64,000 nucleotides of DNA from contig DAONEP010000007.1 in the NCBI GenBank assembly GCA_035403165.1, forward strand, positions 542 to 64,541, written 5' to 3'. The DNA comes from Bacteroidales bacterium (GTDB lineage Bacteria > Bacteroidota > Bacteroidia > Bacteroidales > UBA4417). The notes below the pieces were generated by a model. That model made no database searches. It saw only the letters and a program-made list of their open reading frames with translations, and was not told the DNA's origin. Shown one piece after another: positions 1-8,376 of the stretch (the first letter of the stretch is position 1; every line of letters begins with the position of its first letter). The position numbers and the translations under genes are program-made.

Positions 1-98
1 TTACTATATTTTTAGTCTCTGTGACCATTTCTGCCCAAAACAAGATCTGTTTCAGCAGTTATAATGGATCCGGTAACCGGAAACCATGCATATGGTGA
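1..98 (+). CDS. 3' end of small signal-peptide-like ORF (module copy 1; 5' end outside window)
   Basis: Frame 3 reads ..LVSVTISAQNKICFSSYNGSGNRKPCIW*. It is homologous to the complete sORFs at 1574-1699 and 4049-4171. Confidence 0.3.
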   Translation, partial: TIFLVSVTISAQNKICFSSYNGSGNRKPCIW

Positions 99-223
99 TA
101 TAAGTACAAATACTTTTAAGCAGGATTATTCTCAATGGCGCAAGGCGGCAAATTTGAACAGGGTTTTATGGCAGGCGGATTCTCGTCATTATCAGGCTCT
201 GCGACCGCAGGAATTGATAATTA
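31..223 (+). repeat. Copy 1 of ~190-bp module (sORF 3' part + conserved toxin-ORF start)
   Basis: Blocks gcccaaaacaagatctgtttcagcagttat and atggc(g/a)caaggcggcaaatttgaacagggttttatggcag recur at 1629-1818 and 4101-4268. Confidence 0.85.
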
Positions 224-866
224 TGCAGCCGAAGTTGTCATTGGCACTGTTGCAGGCGGCACAGCCGCAGAAATCGGGGGCGGCAAATTTGCCAATGGGG
301 CTGTAACGGGGGCCTTTACAGTGATGTATAATCATTTAATGCATGATGCTTTTCTGAAACTTTCGATTAAAAATTTGGAAGAATATAAACAGATAGAAAA
401 TTATGGCAGAATGTATAATTCCAAAGCAGAAGCTGTAAAGAAAGCGGTGAATATTACATCTATGATCAAAAAGGAAACACAGATATTTTCCTTAATAGAT
501 AGTGATGGTAATAAAAGTTATTTTTTAGAAGCATTTATTAATAATGGTGAGGACAATGCCACTCCTACAAACCTTAGATGCCTAAAATCTGAGGGATATA
601 CATTGGTTGAAGAAGATCATTATTCAATCCGCGATTGTAGTGATTGTAGTTCACCTTCTTATTATACTGTTAGTAAAAATGATTTTATAGCTGCCCAAGA
701 TTACCAAGTTTCTGTTACACACCATACAATAGGATTAGGAAGTTGGACTATAGTTGGCCCAGTGTTTTTGACTTCATTTTTCTTTCCTGAAAATAGAGCT
801 GATTTTTGCAATCCTAAATATCGTACTGATTACTTTAATGCAAAATACGGAGCAAATAAACCATGA
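135..866 (+). CDS. Polymorphic-toxin-like protein: Gly-rich N-terminal region plus C-terminal domain of unknown family
   Basis: 243-aa ORF. The N-terminus carries two GGKF..G..(S/T)G.F glycine-zipper-like segments (GGKFEQGFMAGGFSSLSG, GGKFANGAVTGAFTVMYNH), as seen ahead of toxin tips in Rhs/CDI-type proteins. Its stop overlaps the next start (ATGA at 863-866). Confidence 0.55.
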   Translation: MAQGGKFEQGFMAGGFSSLSGSATAGIDNYAAEVVIGTVAGGTAAEIGGGKFANGAVTGAFTVMYNHLMHDAFLKLSIKNLEEYKQIENYGRMYNSKAEAVKKAVNITSMIKKETQIFSLIDSDGNKSYFLEAFINNGEDNATPTNLRCLKSEGYTLVEEDHYSIRDCSDCSSPSYYTVSKNDFIAAQDYQVSVTHHTIGLGSWTIVGPVFLTSFFFPENRADFCNPKYRTDYFNAKYGANKP

Positions 867-1534
867 AAAGATTCAAAATAATAGTTATTTTTTTAGTCTT
901 GTACTCAAATATTAGTTTGAGTCAGGAAAAAGTGATTGTTGAAAGTTTTGAACTGCAACAAATCTTCTCAAAATTTTTGGGCATGCCAAAATTTTCCCGA
1001 TGGAGCATTGGTCGTATAAATGCTATCAAAGTAATTACGGAAGACAATATGAACACATACAGTGTTTCCATAACCGGGATAAATCGGGATGAAGCTCTTT
1101 CAGCAGATACATATTATTATTATTTAATAGATAATACATACTTCTTTCTTCAAGAAGATGATAGAATTGAATTAAAACATTCAAAACATGATAGTCTATT
1201 ATTTAATCTATCAGCCGATGAGAAAAGGCTGTTCTTATATAAATTATTCAGAGGAGAAGGGGCAATTATTTCATTTCCGGTTTTAACATTATTTAAAGTA
1301 CATAAGAAGATACCGATTTTAAACCATCGAAAAGTAACCTATAATACATTTCATCCAATTGATCAGGTTCCGAAAAAATACTGGCCTATTTCACCACGTT
1401 TGTATTCAGATACACAGAGTATTTACGGTGGTTTTCTAGACAAACAAAACAACCCAAATGATGAATATCGAGATTTAATTAAAAAAGGAAGGTTTAAAAT
1501 TACTGTTCCTAAAACCGATAATAACAGAAAGTGA
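863..1534 (+). CDS. Exported immunity-like protein, paralog 1
   Basis: Signal peptide MKRFKIIVIFLVLYSNISLSQ. Translationally coupled to the toxin-like ORF. Shares motifs with the ORFs at 1989, 2636 and 3334 (NTYSVSI, FPVLTLFK, HPID..PKKYW). Confidence 0.6.
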   Translation: MKRFKIIVIFLVLYSNISLSQEKVIVESFELQQIFSKFLGMPKFSRWSIGRINAIKVITEDNMNTYSVSITGINRDEALSADTYYYYLIDNTYFFLQEDDRIELKHSKHDSLLFNLSADEKRLFLYKLFRGEGAIISFPVLTLFKVHKKIPILNHRKVTYNTFHPIDQVPKKYWPISPRLYSDTQSIYGGFLDKQNNPNDEYRDLIKKGRFKITVPKTDNNRK

Positions 1535-1573
1535 TAACAATATATATAACAACATAGAAAACAAAGAAAGTTT

Positions 1574-1699
1574 ATGAAAATAGAACATCTTATATTGATA
1601 GCATTGTCACCGTTACCTATTTTACACTCCGCCCAAAACAAGATCTGTTTCAGCAGTTATGATGGCTCATACAACCGAAAAACTAACCTGTTACATTAG
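1574..1699 (+). CDS. Small signal-peptide-like ORF (module copy 2, 41 aa)
   Basis: MKIEHLILIALSPLPILHSAQNKICFSSYDGSYNRKTNLLH*. The C-terminal 20 aa are conserved with the other two copies. It falls below the ORF-track size cutoff. Confidence 0.3.
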   Translation: MKIEHLILIALSPLPILHSAQNKICFSSYDGSYNRKTNLLH

Positions 1700-1818
1700 A
1701 TTACAGCATTTTAAGAAGATCATTTTCTATGGCACAAGGCGGCAAATTTGAACAGGGTTTTATGGCAGGCGGCCCTTCATCATTATCAGGCACTCTAACC
1801 GCCGGTATTGATCAATTG
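1629..1818 (+). repeat. Copy 2 of ~190-bp module
   Basis: Direct sequence similarity to 31-223 and 4101-4268. Confidence 0.85.
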
Positions 1819-1821
1819 TAA
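1729..1821 (+). pseudogene. Truncated toxin-ORF start (30 codons)
   Basis: MAQGGKFEQGFMAGGPSSLSGTLTAGIDQL*. Near-identical to the first 30 residues of the 135-866 ORF, then a stop. Confidence 0.6.
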
Positions 1822-1988
1822 CCAGGAGAATGAATAGTAAATTCTTCTAACTATCTTTGTCCTGTCGACGTCCATCCGGCCGGATTATGCATTCATTGGA
1901 ACAATAGGTCTTTCACTGAATCTGGAAGAAAATTATAAATATTGGCAGATTTAATTTTCGGATTTAAACTAAAACTGAAATAAAAAAA

Positions 1989-2618
1989 ATGAAAAGAGTC
2001 TTCCTATTACTTATGGTCTTATTTCAGTCTAAAGTATACTCCCAACCTATTTCTATAAACGAAACTGAGATAGATATAATAATTAGTCATCTTAATTTCA
2101 TTCTTGACAAAGAGCCTATTCTTTCAAACTTAAATACATTTTTCTTTAAGATTCAGAAAGAAGAAAAGACCAACGCTTACTCGGTCGCATTTGCAGATAT
2201 GAACATGGCAGATAAAGTGCCATTGCATAATGTCAAATGTTATAAAAACGGAAACAGAGTGTTTTATTTTGAAAATGATAGCAACATAAATATTGTTCGA
2301 AAAAACACCGGTGACATTATTGATCCTCAAACGATCAAGAGCATTACAGATGCTTCATTTAATCAGAATTCAATAAACGATGGGGTCTTACATTTCCCCT
2401 TTTTGTTTCTATATAAAATCAATAACCACAGAAAGGCTAACTATAAAGTATATCATCCGATAGAAACATCACCAACCAAATACTGGATAGTACGGGGAAA
2501 TGGCAAAGAAACCAGGATACCCATTTTAGAATTTTTGGATGGGAATGGTTTACCAAATGCTGACTACCTGAATTTTCTTAATCGTAATCAAGGCTCTTTC
2601 AGGATCAGGGAAAGATAA
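1989..2618 (+). CDS. Exported immunity-like protein, paralog 2
   Basis: Signal peptide MKRVFLLLMVLFQSKVYSQ. Motifs NAYSVAF, FPFLFLYK, HPIETSPTKYW match paralog 1. Confidence 0.55.
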   Translation: MKRVFLLLMVLFQSKVYSQPISINETEIDIIISHLNFILDKEPILSNLNTFFFKIQKEEKTNAYSVAFADMNMADKVPLHNVKCYKNGNRVFYFENDSNINIVRKNTGDIIDPQTIKSITDASFNQNSINDGVLHFPFLFLYKINNHRKANYKVYHPIETSPTKYWIVRGNGKETRIPILEFLDGNGLPNADYLNFLNRNQGSFRIRER

Positions 2619-2635
2619 ATCTAATACCTCAAAGC

Positions 2636-3187
2636 ATGAAAAGACTGATCATTGTTTTCGCAATTCAGATATCATCAGTATTGACATATGGACAATCACT
2701 GCTGCCGCTTTCATATATCAGCAACAAAGCAGAACTCTATTGCCAGGATCTCAGTCTTCAGGTGGATAACAACGCAGATCTAATGTGTAGAAAAGTATTA
2801 TATGTATCACTGTATGACTTTAAGAATGACACTTTTGCTATTTCTTTAGCAGCTATCTATAACCATCTCAGTCTTGATGTAAATAAAGCTGACTATTATT
2901 TTGAGTTTAATAATAAATGCATTGTTTTCAATTTCATTAATTGTGATGCAAAAAAAATCATGAGTAAAAGTGATTTTAAAAAACTAACCGCTATTCAAAG
3001 GACAAAAAGGAGAATTATTGAAAGCCATCTGCTTCCGGAAAACATTATCGCCGGTGGTGTTATTATACCGAGGATAATACTGATAAGTAAAAACCAGGCA
3101 CATGAATTAAGCCAGGAAACATATATTGATGTGGCTACCCTACCCGAGCAATTCATGATGTTTAGGATTAACGATACTCTTCACTAA
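2636..3187 (+). CDS. Exported immunity-like protein, divergent paralog 3
   Basis: Signal peptide MKRLIIVFAIQISSVLTYGQ. Weaker family resemblance (DTFAISLAAIYN, YYFEF). Confidence 0.45.
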   Translation: MKRLIIVFAIQISSVLTYGQSLLPLSYISNKAELYCQDLSLQVDNNADLMCRKVLYVSLYDFKNDTFAISLAAIYNHLSLDVNKADYYFEFNNKCIVFNFINCDAKKIMSKSDFKKLTAIQRTKRRIIESHLLPENIIAGGVIIPRIILISKNQAHELSQETYIDVATLPEQFMMFRINDTLH

Positions 3188-3333
3188 TCTTTTGAAGTGG
3201 ATACCTATGAATAATAATTTAGCATTCCGACAATCATTTGTACCATTGAATACAACAATGTTTGATAAATCAGATTATTTAAATAATTACAACTCTAGAC
3301 ATTATTCAAGACAGCGACGATAGAATCCATTCT

Positions 3334-3969
3334 ATGAAAAAAGTAATTCTGATCATCCTCGTTTTAATCTCAAATATTTGTCTCTGTCAGTCTGGTGACG
3401 GTTTGAGACTACTAAATACAATGATAGACAAATATTCGTATCTTAACGAAATAAGTTATGATCACCAAAGCAATGACCCCTGTGGATATATCAATAAATT
3501 CTCAAATATTGATAATCAAAGAATTAATGTTTCAATCTCTTCAGTAGTGTATTATGATGAAGTAATAGGAAATTACAATTCAGCTTATTTCTATCATGAC
3601 AAAATTTATTACTTACAATATAAAGACAACGATAGTTTGTTTTGTGGTGTTAACCTGAAACTTCTTGGTTCATCAAATAAATCTTATACAGATTCAATTT
3701 CAAGGGCGTTTTTGAGTGATTCAAAGACGGGTTGTGTTTATATTGTTTATTCTCCGTTTCTGACACTTTTTGAAATAAGTAAGAGTCGTAATTTTTACAA
3801 AATCTATTATGTCATTTATTACCCCGAGATTAGTTGTCCGGCTGTCCATCGAATAAAACGAAACTATGACCCGGCAGGAAAAAAATTTATTTGTAGGCCT
3901 GAAAATTTAAATAGCCGATTTAAAAGACTGATAGGAAAGAAGAAGCGATTTCAATATTTGAGACCATGA
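3334..3969 (+). CDS. Exported immunity-like protein, paralog 4
   Basis: Signal peptide MKKVILIILVLISNICLCQ. Motifs INVSISS, SPFLTLFEISK, YYPEISCP parallel paralogs 1 and 2. Confidence 0.55.
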   Translation: MKKVILIILVLISNICLCQSGDGLRLLNTMIDKYSYLNEISYDHQSNDPCGYINKFSNIDNQRINVSISSVVYYDEVIGNYNSAYFYHDKIYYLQYKDNDSLFCGVNLKLLGSSNKSYTDSISRAFLSDSKTGCVYIVYSPFLTLFEISKSRNFYKIYYVIYYPEISCPAVHRIKRNYDPAGKKFICRPENLNSRFKRLIGKKKRFQYLRP

Positions 3970-4048
3970 GTCATTTTTTCTATTCTCAAAATTCAGACTG
4001 AAGGATATAATAATAATTCATACTACATCAAAAATAAATCAAATTAAG

Positions 4049-4171
4049 ATGAATAAACGCTACTTTGGAATGATACTCTTTTTATTCTCATTCAACCTCT
4101 CCGCCCAAAACAAAATCTGTTTCAGCAGTTATGATGGCTCCGGTAACCGGAAAACTTACCTGTTAGATTAG
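4049..4171 (+). CDS. Small signal-peptide-like ORF (module copy 3, 40 aa)
   Basis: MNKRYFGMILFLFSFNLSAQNKICFSSYDGSGNRKTYLLD*. It falls below the ORF-track size cutoff. Confidence 0.3.
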   Translation: MNKRYFGMILFLFSFNLSAQNKICFSSYDGSGNRKTYLLD

Positions 4172-4268
4172 AAGTACAGCATTTTTAAGAGGATCATTTT
4201 CAATGGCACAAGGCGGCAAATTTGAACAGGGTTTTATGGCAGATGGATTCTCTTCATTATCAGGCTCT
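4101..4268 (+). repeat. Copy 3 of ~190-bp module
   Basis: Direct sequence similarity to 31-223 and 1629-1818. Confidence 0.85.
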
Positions 4269-4274
4269 ATATAA
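4203..4274 (+). pseudogene. Truncated toxin-ORF start (23 codons)
   Basis: MAQGGKFEQGFMADGFSSLSGSI*, followed by normal-GC DNA. Confidence 0.6.
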
Positions 4275-4817
4275 TAACGCTTGAATTACAATACATTAAA
4301 CCAGTTTTCACATTTCCCTGCAGCCGTGTTTTGCTTTCCGGCAGATTATCCCGGAAAATCTTTCCAAAAATTCAGTAAAAGGAAATTACCTTTTTATAAA
4401 AGCCTGATAAACAGGTAAAGGAAATGGTAATCCGGCTTATATTCAAAAGAACCAGCTGCCATAAAAAAACATGTTTGCTACTTTAAAATATCCTGTACTG
4501 GGATTTATAAGGATCCGGCTGCTGATCAGGCGCGAATGCAAAAAATGGCTCGTTGAACTGATTGGCTCCGACCTTCAGATCGAGGTTTACGAAGACGACT
4601 TTGTCCTTGACCGTCAATGACAAGGAATTGCTCTTTCGTAAGTCTCTAAAAAATCCTGATGGCGCCTTAAAACAGCGCCGGGGGAAGATTATGTTTAAGA
4701 TGAAATGCCGGAAACCCGGATTTCAGGAATATCACAGTTTATTTCACCGGAAAGAACTATCGCTCTCCCTGAGCAAAGTCTTTCTCCCGTATAGCTGCAT
4801 TGTCGCTCCCTCGTCTG

Positions 4818-6611
4818 CTACATCCTCTCCGGAACGTCAATTCCGAGCATCCACATCGCATTCCTGATAACATTGCCTGTTAAGTTGCATAATCCAAGGC
4901 GGAAATTGCGGGCCGGCGCGTTCTCTTCTTTTAAAATGGTAATATCGTGGTAAAAACGATTATATGCACCGGCCAGTTCATACACATAATTGGCAATAAC
5001 GGCAGGGCTGTGCATGTCGGCAGCCTGTGAAACCGTTGCCGGAAAATCGTGCAAAAGCCTCAGTGCTTCCTTTTCCTGCGGCAAAATTTCCGCACTCATT
5101 TCGAAACTGCCCCGGCTTTCCGGGTCAATGCCCAGCTTGACGGCATTACGCAATACCGATTGAATCCGGGCGTAAGTATATTGTACGAAAGGCCCTGTGT
5201 TTCCATTAAAATCGACCGATTCTTCAGGATTAAAAAGCATGTTCTTTTTCGGGTCGACTTTCAGGATGAAATATTTCAAGGCACCCAGCCCGATCGTCCG
5301 GTAAAGTTTTTCAGCTTCTTCGCCTTCGAAGGATTCCAGTTTGCCAAGTTCCCGGGCCATCCGTTCCGCCGTTTCGAACATCTCTTCCATCAGGTCGTCG
5401 GCATCTACCACCGTCCCTTCGCGCGATTTCATTTTACCATGCGGAAGTTCCACCATACCGTACGAAAGGTGGTATATTATATCGGCCCATTCACAGCCCA
5501 GGTGTTTCAGCACCAGCTTCAGCACATTGAAATGATACTCCTGTTCATTCCCGACCACGTAAATGAGTTGGGAAGGTTTATATTCCTCAAAACGCTGCTG
5601 GGCGGTTCCCATATCCTGCGTCATATAGACCGAAGTCCCGTCGCTTCGCAACAGCAGTTTCTCATCAAGCCCGTCGTTGGTCAGGTCAATCCACACCGAA
5701 TTATCATCCCGCTTTGCGAATACGCCTTTAACGACGCCTTCATTTACCAGTGATTTACCAAGAAGATATGTCTGCGATTCGTAATAGGTTTTATCGAATT
5801 CGATGCCAAGTGTTTTATAGGTAGCATCAAACCCTTCATATACCCAACGGTTCATCATTTCCCACAGCCGGATGGTTTCCGCATCGTGCGATTCCCATTT
5901 CCGCAACATCTCCTGCGCTTCGAGAATCAGCGGGGCCGTTCTGGCAGCTTCTTCGGGCGAGCAGCCGCCGGCAACCATCCCGGCAATTTCGGCTTTATAA
6001 TGCTTGTCAAAAACAACATAGTATTTGCCGACAAGGTGATCGCCTTTCATCCCCGATGATCCGGGAGTTTCGCCATTCCCCCACTTCTTCCATGCCAGCA
6101 TGCTTTTACAGATATGAATGCCCCGGTCATTAACCAGGTTGACGCGAACGACCGGCTTACCCGATGCCTTAAGAATCCTTGAGAGCGAAAAGCCCAGCAG
6201 GTTGTTCCTGATGTGGCCGAGATGTAATGGTTTATTGGTGTTGGGCGATGAAAATTCAACGACAACAGGCCGGCCGCCTGTTACTTCCGAAAATCCAAAA
6301 TCGGTCCGATCCCCGTTTTCATTCAGAAAATGCATCCAGTAACCTGCCTGAAGCGAAAGATTTAAAAAGCCTTTGATAACATTATACGAAGCTACTTCGG
6401 GCATATTGGCAACCAGATAATCTCCTATTTCGGTCGCCGTGGCTTCCGGCGACTTTCGTGAAACGCGGGTAAACTGGAATACGACGAGCGTAAAGTCGCC
6501 TTCAAATTCCCGGCGTGTCTTTTGCAACTGCACCGACGATGTTTCCGCCCTGGAGCCATAAAGTTTTTCAATGGCATCAATAACTTTATTTACAAGAATC
6601 GCTTCTATCAT
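4818..6611 (-). CDS. argS: Arginine--tRNA ligase
   Basis: HIGH-type motif PLHLGHIRNN and a typical ArgRS C-terminal ending (..VPERM). The start is trimmed to Met92 of the track ORF (MIEAILVNK; cat at 6609-6611). Confidence 0.9.
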   Translation of the reverse strand: MIEAILVNKVIDAIEKLYGSRAETSSVQLQKTRREFEGDFTLVVFQFTRVSRKSPEATATEIGDYLVANMPEVASYNVIKGFLNLSLQAGYWMHFLNENGDRTDFGFSEVTGGRPVVVEFSSPNTNKPLHLGHIRNNLLGFSLSRILKASGKPVVRVNLVNDRGIHICKSMLAWKKWGNGETPGSSGMKGDHLVGKYYVVFDKHYKAEIAGMVAGGCSPEEAARTAPLILEAQEMLRKWESHDAETIRLWEMMNRWVYEGFDATYKTLGIEFDKTYYESQTYLLGKSLVNEGVVKGVFAKRDDNSVWIDLTNDGLDEKLLLRSDGTSVYMTQDMGTAQQRFEEYKPSQLIYVVGNEQEYHFNVLKLVLKHLGCEWADIIYHLSYGMVELPHGKMKSREGTVVDADDLMEEMFETAERMARELGKLESFEGEEAEKLYRTIGLGALKYFILKVDPKKNMLFNPEESVDFNGNTGPFVQYTYARIQSVLRNAVKLGIDPESRGSFEMSAEILPQEKEALRLLHDFPATVSQAADMHSPAVIANYVYELAGAYNRFYHDITILKEENAPARNFRLGLCNLTGNVIRNAMWMLGIDVPERM

Positions 6612-6917
6612 TTTCCCGATAATTTCAGTGTTGCAAAAGTACTGTTTTTGAGCGATTGATCCCGTTACTAACCTGCTTATTGGGACTGTCTTACTTTCAC
6701 ATCTTACGCTATCAGTGGCATACAGCTTGCAGCAAATCGTTATGTTGCGCAAATAAAGGATTCTGACGGCCCGACATTTCATAAGCTTCATCACTCCTGA
6801 ATTTAAGAAAACCATAAATAATTTTGCCGGCAAGTTTAAACCACTAACTTTGTCACACGAAATTTGAATTACAGCAACTATCACATCAATAAATTTAACC
6901 CGTTAAATAAAAGTTTT

Positions 6918-8261
6918 ATGCGACGAAACGTAATTATCATCGGAGCAGCAGGACGTGACTTCCACAATTTCAACACGTTTTACAGGGGTAAGGCTGAATA
7001 CAATGTTGTAGCCTTTACTGCAGCCCAGATTCCCGACATCGACGGACGGAAATATCCCAAAGAACTGGCCGGTGCCGACCTCTATCCTGACGGCATTCCC
7101 ATTTTTGCTGAAGAAGATCTTCCGAAACTCATTAAAGACCATGATGTAGTTGATTGCGTATTCTCATACAGCGACCAGCCATACCAGAAAGTAATGGCCA
7201 AGAGCGCCCTGGTGAATGCCTGCGGAGCCAATTTTATACTACTGGGCCCCAGGGAAACCATGGTAAAAAGCACCAAACCGTTGATTGCTGTCGGTGCAAC
7301 CCGCACAGGATGCGGTAAGAGCCAGACATCGCGTCGTATCATTGAGATACTCATGGCAAAAGGCCTTAAAGTTGTTGCCGTTCGCCACCCGATGCCTTAT
7401 GGCGACCTGAATGCACAAAAAGTTCAGCGCTTTGCCAAAGTCGAAGACCTTGCCAAACACAAATGCACCATCGAAGAAATGGAAGAATACGAACCCCATG
7501 TGGTTCGCGGCAATGTGATTTATGCAGGCGTTGATTATGAAGCTATCCTCCGCGCCGCCGAAAACGATCCCGATGGATGCGACGTTATCCTCTGGGATGG
7601 CGGAAACAACGACTTCCCCTTCTATAAACCCGATCTTACCATCGGCGTAGCCGATCCTCACCGCCCGGGTGCCGAAGTTTCCTATTATCCCGGCGAAGTA
7701 GTTGCCCGCATGGCCGATGTTATCGTGATCAATAAAATTGATTCAGCCGACAATGCAAACATCCAGACCGTAAGGGATAATATTGCAAAGATAAATCCAA
7801 AAGCCAAAGTTATCGACGGAGCTTCACCGCTTACCGTAGACAAACCCGAACTCATCCGCGGAAAACGTGTGCTTGTTATTGAAGACGGCCCCACGCTCAC
7901 CCACGGCGAAATGAGAATTGGCGCCGGAACGGTTGCCGCCAACAAATACGGAGCTGCCGAACTCGTTGATCCGCGTCAATATGCAGTTGGCAAACTGGCC
8001 GAAACCTTCAGGATTTATCCGAATATCGGCACTTTGCTCCCGGCAATGGGATACGGCGAAGAACAAACCCGCGACCTTGAAAAGACCATCGCCAATACTC
8101 CCTGCGATGCCGTTGTGATTGCAACCCCCATTGACCTGAACCGTATCGTGAAGATCAACAAGCCCTGCGTTAAAGTCGGTTACGATTTACAGGAAATCGG
8201 CAAGCCCGACCTGAATGAAATCCTTGATGATTTTGTCGCAAAACATGGCTTAATAAAATAA
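6918..8261 (+). CDS. COG2403-type P-loop protein (family annotated as cyclic 2,3-diphosphoglycerate synthase / predicted GTPase)
   Basis: Rossmann-like start VIIIGAAGRD, P-loop GATRTGCGKS, and an NKID motif. The start is trimmed to ATG 6918 (MRRNVIIIG). Confidence 0.65.
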   Translation: MRRNVIIIGAAGRDFHNFNTFYRGKAEYNVVAFTAAQIPDIDGRKYPKELAGADLYPDGIPIFAEEDLPKLIKDHDVVDCVFSYSDQPYQKVMAKSALVNACGANFILLGPRETMVKSTKPLIAVGATRTGCGKSQTSRRIIEILMAKGLKVVAVRHPMPYGDLNAQKVQRFAKVEDLAKHKCTIEEMEEYEPHVVRGNVIYAGVDYEAILRAAENDPDGCDVILWDGGNNDFPFYKPDLTIGVADPHRPGAEVSYYPGEVVARMADVIVINKIDSADNANIQTVRDNIAKINPKAKVIDGASPLTVDKPELIRGKRVLVIEDGPTLTHGEMRIGAGTVAANKYGAAELVDPRQYAVGKLAETFRIYPNIGTLLPAMGYGEEQTRDLEKTIANTPCDAVVIATPIDLNRIVKINKPCVKVGYDLQEIGKPDLNEILDDFVAKHGLIK

Positions 8262-8274
8262 CCAAGCAAAAAAG

Positions 8275-8300
8275 AGCGGTCGACTGACCGCTTTTTTTTT
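8275..8300 (+). terminator. Rho-independent terminator
   Basis: Hairpin agcggtc-gact-gaccgct followed by a T9 run. Confidence 0.8.
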
Positions 8301-8376
8301 GCCAAAAAATCACCCGTTCCAGCAACAGAGAATAAGTTGAATAACTATCTTTAGAAACAAAAAACATCATTGACCT

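Noticed and set aside
4471-4620. 49-aa ORF MFATLKYPVLGFIRIRLLIRRECKKWLVELIGSDLQIEVYEDDFVLDRQ.
   Set aside because: There is no RBS-like context and no motif I recognise. It could be a gene fragment at the island boundary, but it cannot be supported from sequence alone.
4562-4867. 101-aa plus-strand ORF between the island and argS.
   Set aside because: It overlaps the 3' end of argS on the opposite strand, has a non-ATG start, and has no recognisable motif.
5049-5753. 234-aa ORF antisense to argS. Similar long antisense ORFs occur at 37974-38480, 42120-42677, 47578-48219 and 55947-56366.
   Set aside because: They are shadow ORFs inside strongly supported genes on the other strand, with low-complexity or biased composition.
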